Source: Candidatus Eiseniibacteriota bacterium (GTDB lineage Bacteria > Eisenbacteria > RBG-16-71-46 > CAIMUX01 > VGJL01). Taken from it: 64,000 nt of DNA. The notes under the pieces were generated by a model. That model was not told where the DNA came from, did no database searches, and saw nothing but the letters and a program-made list of their open reading frames with translations. The DNA is taken from the NCBI GenBank assembly GCA_963792585.1, contig CAWBWI010000001.1:1536001-1600000 (forward strand). The letters run 5' to 3'. Both the position numbers and the translations under genes were made by a program. This document shows positions 12,962 through 22,747 of this stretch, piece after piece (positions within the stretch are counted from its first letter, which is position 1; every line of letters begins with the position of its first letter).

Positions 12962-13213
12962 TCAGTCCCCCGCAGCGAGTTTGTAGACCGCGATCGCGCC
13001 CGGTTCGGGGCACGCGTAGAAGCAGATTCCGCAGCCCGTGCAGCCCTCACCGAGGTACTCCGAGTAGTGGTAGCCCATCCGGTTCAGACCCACGGCGATC
13101 CTGAGGACCTTCTGCGGACACTCCTGCACGCAGTAGCTGCAGCCTTTGCACTCGTCCTCGCGGATCTCGATCCGCCCTCGGGGCTTCGCCCGTTCCTTCC
13201 TGACTTCGTTCAT
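12962..13213 (-). CDS. 2x[4Fe-4S] ferredoxin-type delta subunit of the oxidoreductase
   Basis: [12 protein letters not shown] and [14 protein letters not shown]. Confidence 0.92.
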   Translation of the reverse strand: MNEVRKERAKPRGRIEIREDECKGCSYCVQECPQKVLRIAVGLNRMGYHYSEYLGEGCTGCGICFYACPEPGAIAVYKLAAGD

Positions 13214-13270
13214 GTCCGCATTCCTCCGACCTGGAGATGATCCCCTATCTCCGGAGGCGGGTTGGGGTCC

Positions 13271-13936
13271 TTACCGGACCGCGCCCACCTTGCCCTTGAA
13301 CCAGGAAACCCACCGCTCGCGTCCTTCGCCGGTCGTGCACGACAGCTCCATGCGCTCGGCTGTCCGGTTCACCCGACCCACCGCCGCCCAGAACGCTCCC
13401 CGCTCGAAGGGAACGTAGGGAAGCAGATCGATCTTGTTCAACACGATCACGTCGGCCTTCTCGAACATGAATGGGTACTTCTCCGGCTTGTCCTCGCCCT
13501 CCGTCACACTGGCCAGAACGACCCTCGCCGACTCTCCCAGATCGAAGCTGCTCGGACAGACCAGGTTCCCGACGTTTTCGATGATGATAGCGTCGAGATC
13601 TTCGAGGGCGACTCCCTCGATCGCCGAGACGATCATTCGCGACTCGAGGTGGCAGGTGCCGTTGGTGACGATCTGGACCGCGCGCGCCCCGCTTGCCGCG
13701 ATCCGCTCGGCGTCGCGCGCCGTCTTGAGATCTCCCTCGATGACGAGACACCGCCCGCCGATGAGCGGGAGCGTCGTCTCGAGAAGGCTCGTCTTGCCCG
13801 ATCCGGGCGCCGAGAGCATGTTGACGACGAAGATCCCGGCAGTCTCGAAACGCGCGCGCAGTCCACGGGCGATCTCGTCGTTCTTGGCAACGACATTGCG
13901 CTGCAGATCGATTACCCGCACCTCGCGTGCGCTCAT
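13271..13936 (-). CDS. hypB: Hydrogenase nickel-insertion GTPase HypB
   Basis: SAPGSGKTSLLE, IEGD, CHL, ENVGNLVCPSSFDLGE, EGEDKPEKYP, NKIDLL. Confidence 0.95.
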   Translation of the reverse strand: MSAREVRVIDLQRNVVAKNDEIARGLRARFETAGIFVVNMLSAPGSGKTSLLETTLPLIGGRCLVIEGDLKTARDAERIAASGARAVQIVTNGTCHLESRMIVSAIEGVALEDLDAIIIENVGNLVCPSSFDLGESARVVLASVTEGEDKPEKYPFMFEKADVIVLNKIDLLPYVPFERGAFWAAVGRVNRTAERMELSCTTGEGRERWVSWFKGKVGAVR

Positions 13937-14304
13937 TCCGCCACCCCCGCCGGCTCCCAGACGATCCTCGCCACCGTCAGTTCACGCCCTTCCACGAACC
14001 GGAAGGGGGCCGGACCGCAACCGTCGCACTCCCCCCTGCCATCGTCGAGGAGGAACCCCCCACCACACTGATTGCACTCGGCGCGCGCAGGAACGACCTC
14101 GATCTCGAGTTCCGCCTCGCTGCAGGCCGTCTGCGCCCGAGCGACCTCCCAGGCAAAGGCGAGGGCCTCGGGCTCGACGCTGCTCAATTGCCCCACGCGG
14201 ACCTTCACCTTCTCGACCCGGCCGCGGGGCCCGTCGCCGCATCGCCCCGCGATCTCCTGCTCCACGATCTCCAGGATCGAGCAGGCTATTCCCAACTCGT
14301 GCAC
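13933..14304 (-). CDS. hypA: Hydrogenase nickel chaperone HypA
   Basis: GTG start, MHELGI, CNQC...CDGC, GREL. Confidence 0.93.
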   Translation of the reverse strand: MHELGIACSILEIVEQEIAGRCGDGPRGRVEKVKVRVGQLSSVEPEALAFAWEVARAQTACSEAELEIEVVPARAECNQCGGGFLLDDGRGECDGCGPAPFRFVEGRELTVARIVWEPAGVAE

Positions 14305-14332
14305 GTCGCCCCCGGCCGGGTGCTCCTAGCGC

Positions 14333-14803
14333 TCAAACCCAGCCACCCTTCCCATCCGTCGCCGAAGCGCCCGGCCGGGGGCGTGGACGCGCACCGCGAT
14401 GAAGACTCTGTCGGACCACACCCGCCAAGTCGGTCACGCGGCCGCGGTCACCGTAGTAGAGGACCCCCGCCTGGCGCGCCTCGCGCTCCCAGTCATCGTG
14501 CGGGACGTCGACGGCGAAGACGATCATCAGGTCGGGACGGATCTGCCGCAGGAGGGACAGGATCTGGTTCGCGGGCTTGTCCTTGATCGCCCCATCGAGA
14601 ATGACCAGCCTGACCCTCGGATCCTCGATCACACCCAGGCACTCGCGAGCGCTGCCGGCCAGGACCAGTGCGGCGTCCAGCTCGGGCACCTGCTGCCGGA
14701 TGGCGACCCAGAACTTGGGGTCCTCGGAGGCGACAACGACCCGCTCCCGGACCGCGGATGTCCGCGCCTGGATGCGCACCTCGTATGGTCGACGAAATAG
14801 CAT
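14333..14803 (-). CDS. Atypical single-domain receiver (CheY-like) protein
   Basis: VVVASED, LVILD, EREARQAGVLYY; the conserved Lys-Pro is missing. Confidence 0.7.
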   Translation of the reverse strand: MLFRRPYEVRIQARTSAVRERVVVASEDPKFWVAIRQQVPELDAALVLAGSARECLGVIEDPRVRLVILDGAIKDKPANQILSLLRQIRPDLMIVFAVDVPHDDWEREARQAGVLYYGDRGRVTDLAGVVRQSLHRGARPRPRPGASATDGKGGWV

Positions 14804-14824
14804 ATTGGTCTCAGCGTTGATCTC

Positions 14825-14840
14825 TGCAAGCAGGGTGCCA
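14825..14840 (-). promoter_or_regulatory. Sigma54 (-24/-12) promoter of the receiver-hypAB-vor operon
   Basis: Minus strand TGGCACCCTGCTTGCA, about 22 nt upstream of ATG 14803. Confidence 0.8.
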
Positions 14841-14943
14841 GAGGGGCCCCGTGCCGCGGCTCTATCCTCTTGTTTCCCAAGGGGTTCAAAATGGCAGACG
14901 ACCGGCTCGAGAGGTCGAGAGGGGATTCACGCCTCGACCCGCC

Positions 14944-14972
14944 TCGATTCGCTACAATCTGTAGCGAATCGA
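14944..14972. promoter_or_regulatory. Perfect 13-bp inverted repeat; candidate enhancer (UAS) or hypF 3' hairpin
   Basis: TCGATTCGCTACA-ATC-TGTAGCGAATCGA; no U-tract. Confidence 0.6.
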
Positions 14973-14995
14973 TCCATTCCAGCAGGGTTGAGACG

Positions 14996-17350
14996 TCACC
15001 CCTTCCGGCTCAGGGCCATCGCTGCCGCGGCAAGCTGGCCGTAGGAGATGCTGCCGTCGTTGGCCGGCAGATCGCGGGGCAAGAGGGGCGTGAGACGTCG
15101 TCCAATGAGTCCATCGACGACCATCGCAAGCAGCAACTGGTTCTGGAAGACGCCGCCCCCGAGGGCGACGTCGGAAATCGACTCAAACTCCGCCAGCCCG
15201 GCCGCTCCCTCGACGATCGCGGCCGCCATGGTGCGGTGGAAGCGATGTGCGAGTTCGTCCTCGTCCGCGCCCATCCGGCGCTCCCGCACCATCTCCGAGA
15301 AGGCTTCGCGAAGGGAGATCCGGAAACGGGTCGGCCACGCCGGCTCGCCGGCCGAAGGCGGCGCCGGTTCCACGGGCGCGTCGATTCTTTCGATCGGCCA
15401 CGGCGTGAGCCCCGTGGAATTCACCCGGGACGCGGCCATCTCCAGCTCCATCGGCGCCTGCCCTTCGTACAGGCTGCGCGCGCGTCGCAAGAGGATCGCC
15501 GCGGCCGCGTCGAAGTAGCGGCCCGCTCCGGACGTCCATGGGCAGTTCAGCCGTCGCTCGAGCATCCGCCGCACGAGGTCGGCCGTGCGCGCCGGCACCT
15601 GAGACGTGAGCCACGGCAGGTGGACGAGCGGGTCTTCGCCGGGATCGATGCCCTGCACGATCGTGTAGGCGGTGCGCCACGGTTCTCGGATCGCCGCCTC
15701 GCCCCCCGCGAGCAGGATCGGCTCGAGAGACCCCGCGCGCTCGAAGGCGCCGTCGCGGACCACGAAGTACTCGCCCCCCCAGAGCGTCCGGTCGTGCCCG
15801 AAGCCGGTGCCGTCGAACGCGATCCCGATCGCGGGCCCCGCGTGCCGGTGCTCGCTCAGCACCGCGGCGATGTGGGCCTCATGGTGTTGGACGCCGATCC
15901 TGCGGGAGACGGGCATCTCCTGGGCGAAGCGGGTCGAGAGATAGTCGGGATGGAGGTCGTGAACCACCACGTTCGGCTCGTGATCGAAGAGACGGCAGAA
16001 GTGGACGATCCCCTCGCCGAGCGATAGGTAGGTTTCGAGGTTCTCGAGGTCGCCGATGTGGGGACCGACGATCGCGTCCCCGTCGCGACCGAGCGCAAAG
16101 GTGTTCTTCAACATGCCGCCGACCGCCAGGAGCGGTTCCGGCGTCGAGGGGAAGAGCGACACCGTCCGCGGCACGAATCCTCGCGCGCGACGGATCATCT
16201 GAGGGCGCCCTCTGAAGACGCGCGTGACCGAATCGTCGCATCGCAAGTGGATCTCGCGATCGTGGGTCAGGAAGTAGTCGGCAATCTCCTGCAGCCGCTC
16301 GCGGGCCTCGAGATCCTGATAGGCGATCGGCTCGTCGCTCCGGTTGCCGCTGGTCATGACGAGAACCGGCGGACAGGCTTCATCTCCGGGCGCCGGGTGG
16401 AAGAGGAGATGGTGCAGCGGGGTGTAGGGAAGCATGAACCCGAGATATCCCTGCCGCGGGGCGATCCCTTCCGGAAGCAGGCAATCCTCTCGCTTTCGCA
16501 GCAGCACGATCGGCCGTTCCCGCGACGTGAGGAGCGCGCGCTCCTCGGCGTCGACCACGCAGTGCCTCTCGATCTCCGTGACATCGAGCGCCATGCAGGC
16601 GAACGGCTTCTCTTCGCGCACCTTTCGCTCCCGCAGCGTGCGTACGGCGATCTCGTTCCTCGCATCGCAGGCGAGATGGTAGCCGCCAAGTCCCTTGATC
16701 GCCGCGATGAACCCCTGGATGAGGAGGCGGCGGATTTCCGCGAGTGGATCGTGGCAGGGCATCGGCAGCCCGATCGCATCGATGAGCCGCAGTCGGGGGC
16801 CGCACTCGGGACATGCGTTCGGCTGGGCGTGGAAGCGCCGATCGGTCGGACTCTCGTACTCGCCGCGGCACTCGTCGCACATCTCGAACGCCTTCATCGT
16901 CGTTCGCAGCCGGTCATACGGGATGTCGAGGACGATCGTCAACCGCGGCCCGCAATGGGTGCAGTTGGTGAACGGGTAGCGATACCGCCGGTTTGCGGGA
17001 TCGAGGATGTCCGCCAGGCAATCGGGGCAGGTCGCGGCATCCGGGGAGATCGGGACGCGTCGTCTCCGGGCGCGCGGGCTCTCGCGGATCTCGAAACCGT
17101 CGTGCCCCGCGGCGGGCAGGCGCGTCACGCGGATCGAGTCGATGCGGGAGAGGGGCGGGGCTTCGTCGCGGATGGACTGTTCCAGGCCGGCGAGTGCGCG
17201 CGTATCTCCTTCGACCTCGAGGAGCACTCCTTCGTCATCGTTCAGCACGAATCCGTTGAGGCCCCGCCCGAGCGCGATCCGGTAGAGGAAGGGGCGGAAT
17301 CCAACCCCCTGCACGATTCCCTTGATCCGCAGGATCTCGCGTCGCCTCAT
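14996..17350 (-). CDS. hypF: Carbamoyltransferase HypF
   Basis: GIVQGVGFRPF acylphosphatase domain; zinc fingers CPDC, CTHCGPR, CDEC, CPECGP; QHHEAH; FDGTGFG; PANDG. Confidence 0.96.
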   Translation of the reverse strand: MRRREILRIKGIVQGVGFRPFLYRIALGRGLNGFVLNDDEGVLLEVEGDTRALAGLEQSIRDEAPPLSRIDSIRVTRLPAAGHDGFEIRESPRARRRRVPISPDAATCPDCLADILDPANRRYRYPFTNCTHCGPRLTIVLDIPYDRLRTTMKAFEMCDECRGEYESPTDRRFHAQPNACPECGPRLRLIDAIGLPMPCHDPLAEIRRLLIQGFIAAIKGLGGYHLACDARNEIAVRTLRERKVREEKPFACMALDVTEIERHCVVDAEERALLTSRERPIVLLRKREDCLLPEGIAPRQGYLGFMLPYTPLHHLLFHPAPGDEACPPVLVMTSGNRSDEPIAYQDLEARERLQEIADYFLTHDREIHLRCDDSVTRVFRGRPQMIRRARGFVPRTVSLFPSTPEPLLAVGGMLKNTFALGRDGDAIVGPHIGDLENLETYLSLGEGIVHFCRLFDHEPNVVVHDLHPDYLSTRFAQEMPVSRRIGVQHHEAHIAAVLSEHRHAGPAIGIAFDGTGFGHDRTLWGGEYFVVRDGAFERAGSLEPILLAGGEAAIREPWRTAYTIVQGIDPGEDPLVHLPWLTSQVPARTADLVRRMLERRLNCPWTSGAGRYFDAAAAILLRRARSLYEGQAPMELEMAASRVNSTGLTPWPIERIDAPVEPAPPSAGEPAWPTRFRISLREAFSEMVRERRMGADEDELAHRFHRTMAAAIVEGAAGLAEFESISDVALGGGVFQNQLLLAMVVDGLIGRRLTPLLPRDLPANDGSISYGQLAAAAMALSRKG

Positions 17351-17414
17351 CCGGCTCCGTCGCCTCCACTCGTCGGCCGATTTCCCCGATCGTCTCGCCC
17401 GGCGCCCGCCGCCG

Positions 17415-18005
17415 CTACCCTGCGGCGCCCTCCTCGGCCAGGAGCGCATGCACGCGCTCCAACGCCTGCGCCACGCCCTCGCGTGCCTGCGGAGAGAGAT
17501 CGGTAGACCAGCCTATCGAATGGGGTACGAAGCCGACAACGTCGATCTCGGGCAAAGGTAGATCGAGGACTTCGGCCAGGCGAAGCAGACCACCGAGGGA
17601 ACAACCGTGCAGGGACAGATCGGGATCGGGGTTCGTCAGCACCACCCTGTTCAGCCGGAACACCACCACACCACCTGGAACCAGATCCCTTGGGCCCGCG
17701 CCCTCGGTGATCGGCCCCCCCAACGCTGCCGAACCCCGATCCCGGTCCGTCTCCGCGATCCCGTCCGAGGGGCGGACGAGGTCGATCAGGATCACCCTCT
17801 CGAAGGAGGCCATTCGATCGAGGAGATCCACACCACCCGTGCCGCCGTCCTCGACGGTCACCCACTCGGGAAGGTCCTCGGCGGCGAGTGCGCGGACCGC
17901 GTGGATCCCGAACCCCTCGTCTCCGAGCAGGAGATTGCCGACGCCCAGCACGAGTGTCCGGCGCGGCCCCTTCCGATCGTCCGAGGCCCCGCCGGACGCC
18001 CTCAC
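17415..18005 (-). CDS. [NiFe]-hydrogenase maturation protease (HybD/HyaD type)
   Basis: VLGVGNLLLGDEGFG, DGGTGG, LSLHG. Confidence 0.9.
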   Translation of the reverse strand: MRASGGASDDRKGPRRTLVLGVGNLLLGDEGFGIHAVRALAAEDLPEWVTVEDGGTGGVDLLDRMASFERVILIDLVRPSDGIAETDRDRGSAALGGPITEGAGPRDLVPGGVVVFRLNRVVLTNPDPDLSLHGCSLGGLLRLAEVLDLPLPEIDVVGFVPHSIGWSTDLSPQAREGVAQALERVHALLAEEGAAG

Positions 18006-18009
18006 CTCA

Positions 18010-19296
18010 TCAGACGAAGCGCACCTCGAGGAAGTGCGTCGCGCAGGAAATGCACGGATCATACGCGCGGACGAGCATCTCGAGCTTGTGCTGGATCTCG
18101 GCCGGTTCGCCCCCCGCCATCTTGCCGACGAGGGCATACATGTCGGCTTCGATGTTGGCGAGGTTCTGACCGGTCGGGATGATGCAGTTGGCGTCCTCGA
18201 TCCGACCCTCCGCGTTGATCGTGTAGTCGTGGAAGAGGACACCCCGCGGGACCTCGGTCGCGCCGGCGCCCCGCCCGTGCTTCGTCGGCTCCTTCATCCG
18301 GTGGACGTAGCCCTTCAGCGAGAGAAGCTCGTCGGCGACGGCGAGCGCGTCTTCGTAGCAGTGCAGCGTCTCGATGAGCTGTGCGGTGTTGTTGTGGAAG
18401 GGATTCGTCACGGGAGGCTTCAGCCCGAGCGCATCCGCCACGCTCTTCGCCCACGGCCTCAAGGAAGCATGGTTGATGTTGTACCGGGCCAGGGCGCCCA
18501 CGGCGTAGGTCTCCGCCTCGGCCTTCACGTGCTTCGCGGCGGAGTGCGGCGCGACCCGTTCGTGGATCCGGTCGAGATAGTCCTGCACGGGGCTCACCTT
18601 CCCCATCGACGAAGCAATGTCCCCGTTGTAGAAGGCGTATTCCTTCTTGGAAGTCAGCGCGACGTACTCGGTCGGCCGATCCAGCTCCGGCATCTTGACG
18701 GTCTTGAAGAGCTCGACCGTGGCATCGAGATCCGGCTTGGCGGCCAGCAGGATGGCCTTGCAGCGGGCGATCTCCTGAGTCGACGGCCACCGGGCGAATC
18801 CTCCGGGCAGCACCCCGATCGGATGGACCTTGCGACCGACCAGGATCTCGCTCACCTCGTTGCCGACCTTCTTCAGGCGAAGCGCCATCTTCACGATTTC
18901 GGGATGGCTCGTCGCGAGGGGAACGACGCTCCCCACTCCGAATACGTCGGGCGCCACGAGGAAGTAGAGGTGCAGGATGTGGCTCTGGATCGTCTCGGCA
19001 TGCAGCAGGAACTTTCGCATGAGGACCGTTTCCTCGTCGGGAACGATCCCGAGGGCGTCCTCGGACGCCTGGACCGAGGCGAGCGTGTGGCCCATCGAAC
19101 AGATTCCGCAGATTCGCATCGTGATCGCCGCGGCCTCCTGCCACTGACGCCCCTCGAGCATCGCCTCGAAGAAACGGGGCGACTCGACGATCTCGAGACG
19201 CAGATCCTCGATCTTGCCGTCCTTGACGTTGACGACCACGTTCCCGTGGCCCTCGACGCGGGTGATGTGATGGACGTTGATCTCGTAACCCTTCAT
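18010..19296 (-). CDS. hydA: Group 3b [NiFe] hydrogenase (sulfhydrogenase) alpha (large) subunit
   Basis: TRVEGHG, RICGICSMGH (L1), YDPCISCATH (L2) plus short cleavable tail FLEVRFV. Confidence 0.93.
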   Translation of the reverse strand: MKGYEINVHHITRVEGHGNVVVNVKDGKIEDLRLEIVESPRFFEAMLEGRQWQEAAAITMRICGICSMGHTLASVQASEDALGIVPDEETVLMRKFLLHAETIQSHILHLYFLVAPDVFGVGSVVPLATSHPEIVKMALRLKKVGNEVSEILVGRKVHPIGVLPGGFARWPSTQEIARCKAILLAAKPDLDATVELFKTVKMPELDRPTEYVALTSKKEYAFYNGDIASSMGKVSPVQDYLDRIHERVAPHSAAKHVKAEAETYAVGALARYNINHASLRPWAKSVADALGLKPPVTNPFHNNTAQLIETLHCYEDALAVADELLSLKGYVHRMKEPTKHGRGAGATEVPRGVLFHDYTINAEGRIEDANCIIPTGQNLANIEADMYALVGKMAGGEPAEIQHKLEMLVRAYDPCISCATHFLEVRFV

Positions 19297-19315
19297 CGCC
19301 GCCTCCTAGCGCGCC

Positions 19316-20170
19316 TCAGGCATTCGGCATTTCGGGACCGGGGTCGGCTTGGTTCACCCGGATTCGTCCCCCAGCAGGCTTCCCGCCGTCGACCCCGATC
19401 CGGAACCGATTCGTCAAATTCACGAAGTAGGGACTCAGGTCGACCGGGGTCAAGGTGTTGTAGTGCGTCAGCCGATCCTCGACCTCGCGCTGCGACATCC
19501 CCTTCGATTTCATGATCTCGATCATCGAGGCCAGGTTGGGTTGCGTCAGGAAACCGCGGCACCCCTCACAAGCCTCCCCGAACGTCGGGCAGATCGCGCC
19601 GCAACCGGCCCGGACGATGGGGCCGACGCAACTGATCCCCCGTTCGTACAAGCATACGTTCGCGCGCTGCTTGCACTCGGTGCAGAGCGCGTGCTCCGAC
19701 GGCTTCGGAATCTGGCCGAGGAGGAGCGACTTCGTGACGCGCACGAACTCCTTCTTGTCGATCGGGCAGCCGTTCATTTCGTATTCGACCTTGACGACGT
19801 CGCGCACGCGTTTGGTCGCCTCGGTCGGAAAGTGTCGCGCGCCGTCCCCGTATACCTTGTGCCGCACCTTGGTCAGGTCGTGCTGGTTCTTCAGCCCGTT
19901 GACGCCACCGGTGCATGCGCACGCACCGATCGCGACCACGATCTTCGCCCGCTCCCGGATCGTCTTGATCTCCTCGACTTCCTCGGGCGTCGTGATCGAG
20001 CCTTCCACGAACGCGACGTCGTAGTCGTGACGGCGATCGTCGATCGCCTCGCGGAAGTTGACGAGTTCGATCGCAGAGAGCAGATCGAGCATTTCGTCCT
20101 CGAGGTTCAGGATCGTCAGCTGGCAACCTTCGCAGCTCGTAAAGCTGAAGACGCCCACTTTTGCTTTCAT
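19316..20170 (-). CDS. hydD: Group 3b hydrogenase delta (small) subunit
   Basis: FTSCEGCQL, VEGS, GACACTGG, GCP, CTECK, GCGAICP, CEGCRG. Confidence 0.92.
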   Translation of the reverse strand: MKAKVGVFSFTSCEGCQLTILNLEDEMLDLLSAIELVNFREAIDDRRHDYDVAFVEGSITTPEEVEEIKTIRERAKIVVAIGACACTGGVNGLKNQHDLTKVRHKVYGDGARHFPTEATKRVRDVVKVEYEMNGCPIDKKEFVRVTKSLLLGQIPKPSEHALCTECKQRANVCLYERGISCVGPIVRAGCGAICPTFGEACEGCRGFLTQPNLASMIEIMKSKGMSQREVEDRLTHYNTLTPVDLSPYFVNLTNRFRIGVDGGKPAGGRIRVNQADPGPEMPNA

Positions 20171-21009
20171 CAGAGCGCCTCCCTCACCTTCTTGACCTCG
20201 CTGTAACAGAAGACCGGGCCCTCTTGGCAGACATAGATGCCGTTCATCTGGCAGTGACCACACTTGCCCAGGCCGCAGCGCATCCGCCGCTCGAGCGACA
20301 TGTAGATCCGGCTCTCCATGATCCCCCGCTGCAGCAGTTCGAGGACCGCGAACTTGTACATGACCGGCGGACCGACCACGACCGCCACGGTGTCGAGCGG
20401 GTCGACGTCGATCTTCTTGAACAGGGTCGTGATGACCCCGGAGTTTCCCTTCCAGGTCGCGTCGGGCGCATCGACCGTCTCGTGAAGCGTCATCCGGTCG
20501 TCGTCGGCCCACTGGGCGAGTTCCTTCGCATAGAGTCGGGAAGGGGGATTCTTGGTGCCATAGAGCGTGATCAGACTACGGAAGCTGGAGCGATTCTCCA
20601 GGCAATAGAGGATCAGCGACCGCAGCGGCGCGAGCCCGAGGCCGGCGCAAACGAAGACCACGTTCTTGCCCATGATCTTCTCGACGGGGAATCCGTTTCC
20701 GTAAGGACCGCGGATCCCCAGGACGTCGCCGGGCTTCATCTGGTGCATCACGCCCGTGAGCGATCCGACCTGACGCACGCATAGCTGGAAGGTGTTCTCG
20801 GGCGTCGGTGCGGAGGTGATGCTGATCGGCGCCTCACCGATCCCGGCGATGGAAACCTCGACGAACTGGCAGGGCTTGTGTCCAAGCGAGCGGTTCTCGA
20901 GGGCGATGTCGAACAGCTTCTCGTTCGCGGTGAGCTGCTCGACCTTCATGATCCGTCCCGGCTCCGGGACGAAGAGCGACTTGCGAGTTGCCGGAAGAGT
21001 CTCGATCAC
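20170..21009 (-). CDS. hydG: Group 3b hydrogenase gamma subunit (FAD/NAD(P), [2Fe-2S])
   Basis: GEAPISI, RGPYGNGFP, GLGLAPLRS, VGPPVM, LERRMRCGLGKCGHCQ...CQEGPVF. Confidence 0.92.
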   Translation of the reverse strand: MIETLPATRKSLFVPEPGRIMKVEQLTANEKLFDIALENRSLGHKPCQFVEVSIAGIGEAPISITSAPTPENTFQLCVRQVGSLTGVMHQMKPGDVLGIRGPYGNGFPVEKIMGKNVVFVCAGLGLAPLRSLILYCLENRSSFRSLITLYGTKNPPSRLYAKELAQWADDDRMTLHETVDAPDATWKGNSGVITTLFKKIDVDPLDTVAVVVGPPVMYKFAVLELLQRGIMESRIYMSLERRMRCGLGKCGHCQMNGIYVCQEGPVFCYSEVKKVREAL

Positions 21010-21013
21010 GGCC

Positions 21014-22039
21014 TCACCCTCCCAACACCTGGTTGTACATATCCGTCAGGTGGATCGACGCGACGCACTGCGCCGAGCAGCGTCCGCAACCGACGCAGGC
21101 GCTGCGCCCGTACTTCTCGAACTGGAAGACCTCTTTCTTGAAGAGCCGATGCCGTTGCCGGTGGGCCGGCTTCCCGCGGAAGTTCTCTCCCCCCGCGACG
21201 ACGGCGAATTCCGGGCTCTGGCAACTGTCCCAGAGTCTGCAGCGATGCCCTTCGTTCAGATCGAAGGAGACCTCGTCCGTCGTGTCGAAGCAGTAGCAGG
21301 TCGGACAGACCATCGTGCAGGTCTCGCATGAAAGACAGCGGCGTCCGATCGCTTCCCAGAGCAGGTCGTCGTATGCTTCCTTGAGCGCACTCGGGAGGCG
21401 GTTGACCGGCCCTGTGAGACGCGGCTTGAAGCTCGCGGCCTGCATCTCGCGCATCTTGCCCAGGGCTTCCCGATCGGCAGGAGTCGCCGGCTTGAGACAG
21501 CCGAGGCCCTCGATCATCGCCTCCCCCGCCGCGGTGCGCGTGAAGATGAAGTAGCGGTCGCCCAGATCGACCAGCAGCAGGTCATAGCCCCACTCGACGC
21601 GGTAGGTCCCCTTGTCGAAGCAGAGGTTGTACGCCCCGCAAGGCCGGGCGCACTCCAGGGCGATGATCCGGGCGCCGGCCCGCCGTGCGAGGTAATTCGC
21701 ATCCTGCGGGCTGTCGGAGAAGATCTCGTCGAGGATGTTGATCCCCTGCACGTCGCACGGGTGTACGCCCAGAAGCACGAGCGGCTGGGCCTCCACGACC
21801 TCTTGCGTCGCCTTCACGTCGTCCCGCCGGAAGCGCACGAGGGCTTCGTGGTGAGGGAAGAGCTGGCGGGCGGGGGGCAGAACCGTTGTCGGATACTCGA
21901 GGGCGAGTTCCTCCGGATCGCGAATCTCGTCGAAGACATGCTGGGTGTCCTTGCGCTTGGGTCCGATCACGCGGCTCGTTTTCTGGAGCTCGCGGACGAG
22001 CGCAGGCAGATCCAGCTTGGAAAGCACGAGGGTCTTCAT
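21014..22039 (-). CDS. hydB: Group 3b hydrogenase beta subunit (AsrA-like Fe-S protein)
   Basis: GVHPCD, CLSCETCTMVCPTCYCF, WDSC, CVGCGRCSAQC. Confidence 0.92.
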   Translation of the reverse strand: MKTLVLSKLDLPALVRELQKTSRVIGPKRKDTQHVFDEIRDPEELALEYPTTVLPPARQLFPHHEALVRFRRDDVKATQEVVEAQPLVLLGVHPCDVQGINILDEIFSDSPQDANYLARRAGARIIALECARPCGAYNLCFDKGTYRVEWGYDLLLVDLGDRYFIFTRTAAGEAMIEGLGCLKPATPADREALGKMREMQAASFKPRLTGPVNRLPSALKEAYDDLLWEAIGRRCLSCETCTMVCPTCYCFDTTDEVSFDLNEGHRCRLWDSCQSPEFAVVAGGENFRGKPAHRQRHRLFKKEVFQFEKYGRSACVGCGRCSAQCVASIHLTDMYNQVLGG

Positions 22040-22067
22040 GATTGCGAACGCCCCCCTTTCAAAGGCC

Positions 22068-22100
22068 GTGGCCCGCCAGAGGTTTCCTCCAGCGGGCCAC
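22068..22100 (-). promoter_or_regulatory. Strong hairpin in the 5' leader just upstream of the hydB RBS
   Basis: GTGGCCCGCTGGAGG-AAA-CCTCTGGCGGGCCAC, 15-bp stem with two G-U pairs. Confidence 0.6.
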
Positions 22101-22360
22101 CCTCGGCTACCCCACCCCTCCCGATCCGGCCGCAAATCTTCCCGCGTCCTTATCGGATCTTGGGTTCGTTCCGGGAGAGCCCGCTCGGGGGACGGTGACC
22201 GACCGTCTCACCAACCACACACCACCCATCCAACGGCCGGACACTGTCCCCCGAGTTCTTGGCCCCCTGTGCGGACTCTCATCCACTCCACCGCCGCACC
22301 ACCCGAGTCCACAACTCCACCCATGCCCACCGGGCTCACCCAGAACCGTCTTCCTTGATT

Positions 22361-22376
22361 GGCAAGGCTCATGCCA
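22361..22376 (-). promoter_or_regulatory. Sigma54 promoter of the group 3b operon
   Basis: Minus strand TGGCATGAGCCTTGCC with AT-rich DNA upstream. Confidence 0.72.
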
Positions 22377-22636
22377 AAGTGAACAACTTCACGAAATGAC
22401 TCTAAGCCAATATAATACCGCCTGTTACGCCTCTCATCGATGTCGGTGAAACTACCCGATTGGACGCATCATTGTAACGTTCCGCTGCAACTGTACCGGA
22501 CCGAAACAAGCGACTCCGTCCGGGTGTAAAAGTTCGACTTTTCCCGCCCCAATAGGCGTCAGGAGGGGACTTCACCGATCCGGCAGGGGATAGGGGTCGT
22601 TCGGAGCGGGAAAGTGCGGTGAAATTGCAGAAGATC

Positions 22637-22702
22637 TTGACACAGGTGGGGTCCCGCGCGCAGACTAGTGGCGCTCTTATAGCATCTATTGCGCTGTATA
22701 AG
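22637..22702 (+). promoter_or_regulatory. Promoter region of the group 4 operon (candidate sigma70 and sigma54 elements plus inverted repeat)
   Basis: TTGACA (22637)-N18-CAGACT; TGGCGCTCTTATAGCA (22669-22684, GG-N10-GC); CTTATA-N15-TATAAG (22676-22702). Confidence 0.45.
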
Positions 22703-22747
22703 CAAAAATTCAGGATTCCGGACCTGGGACAGATTGCGGGGTCAGGA

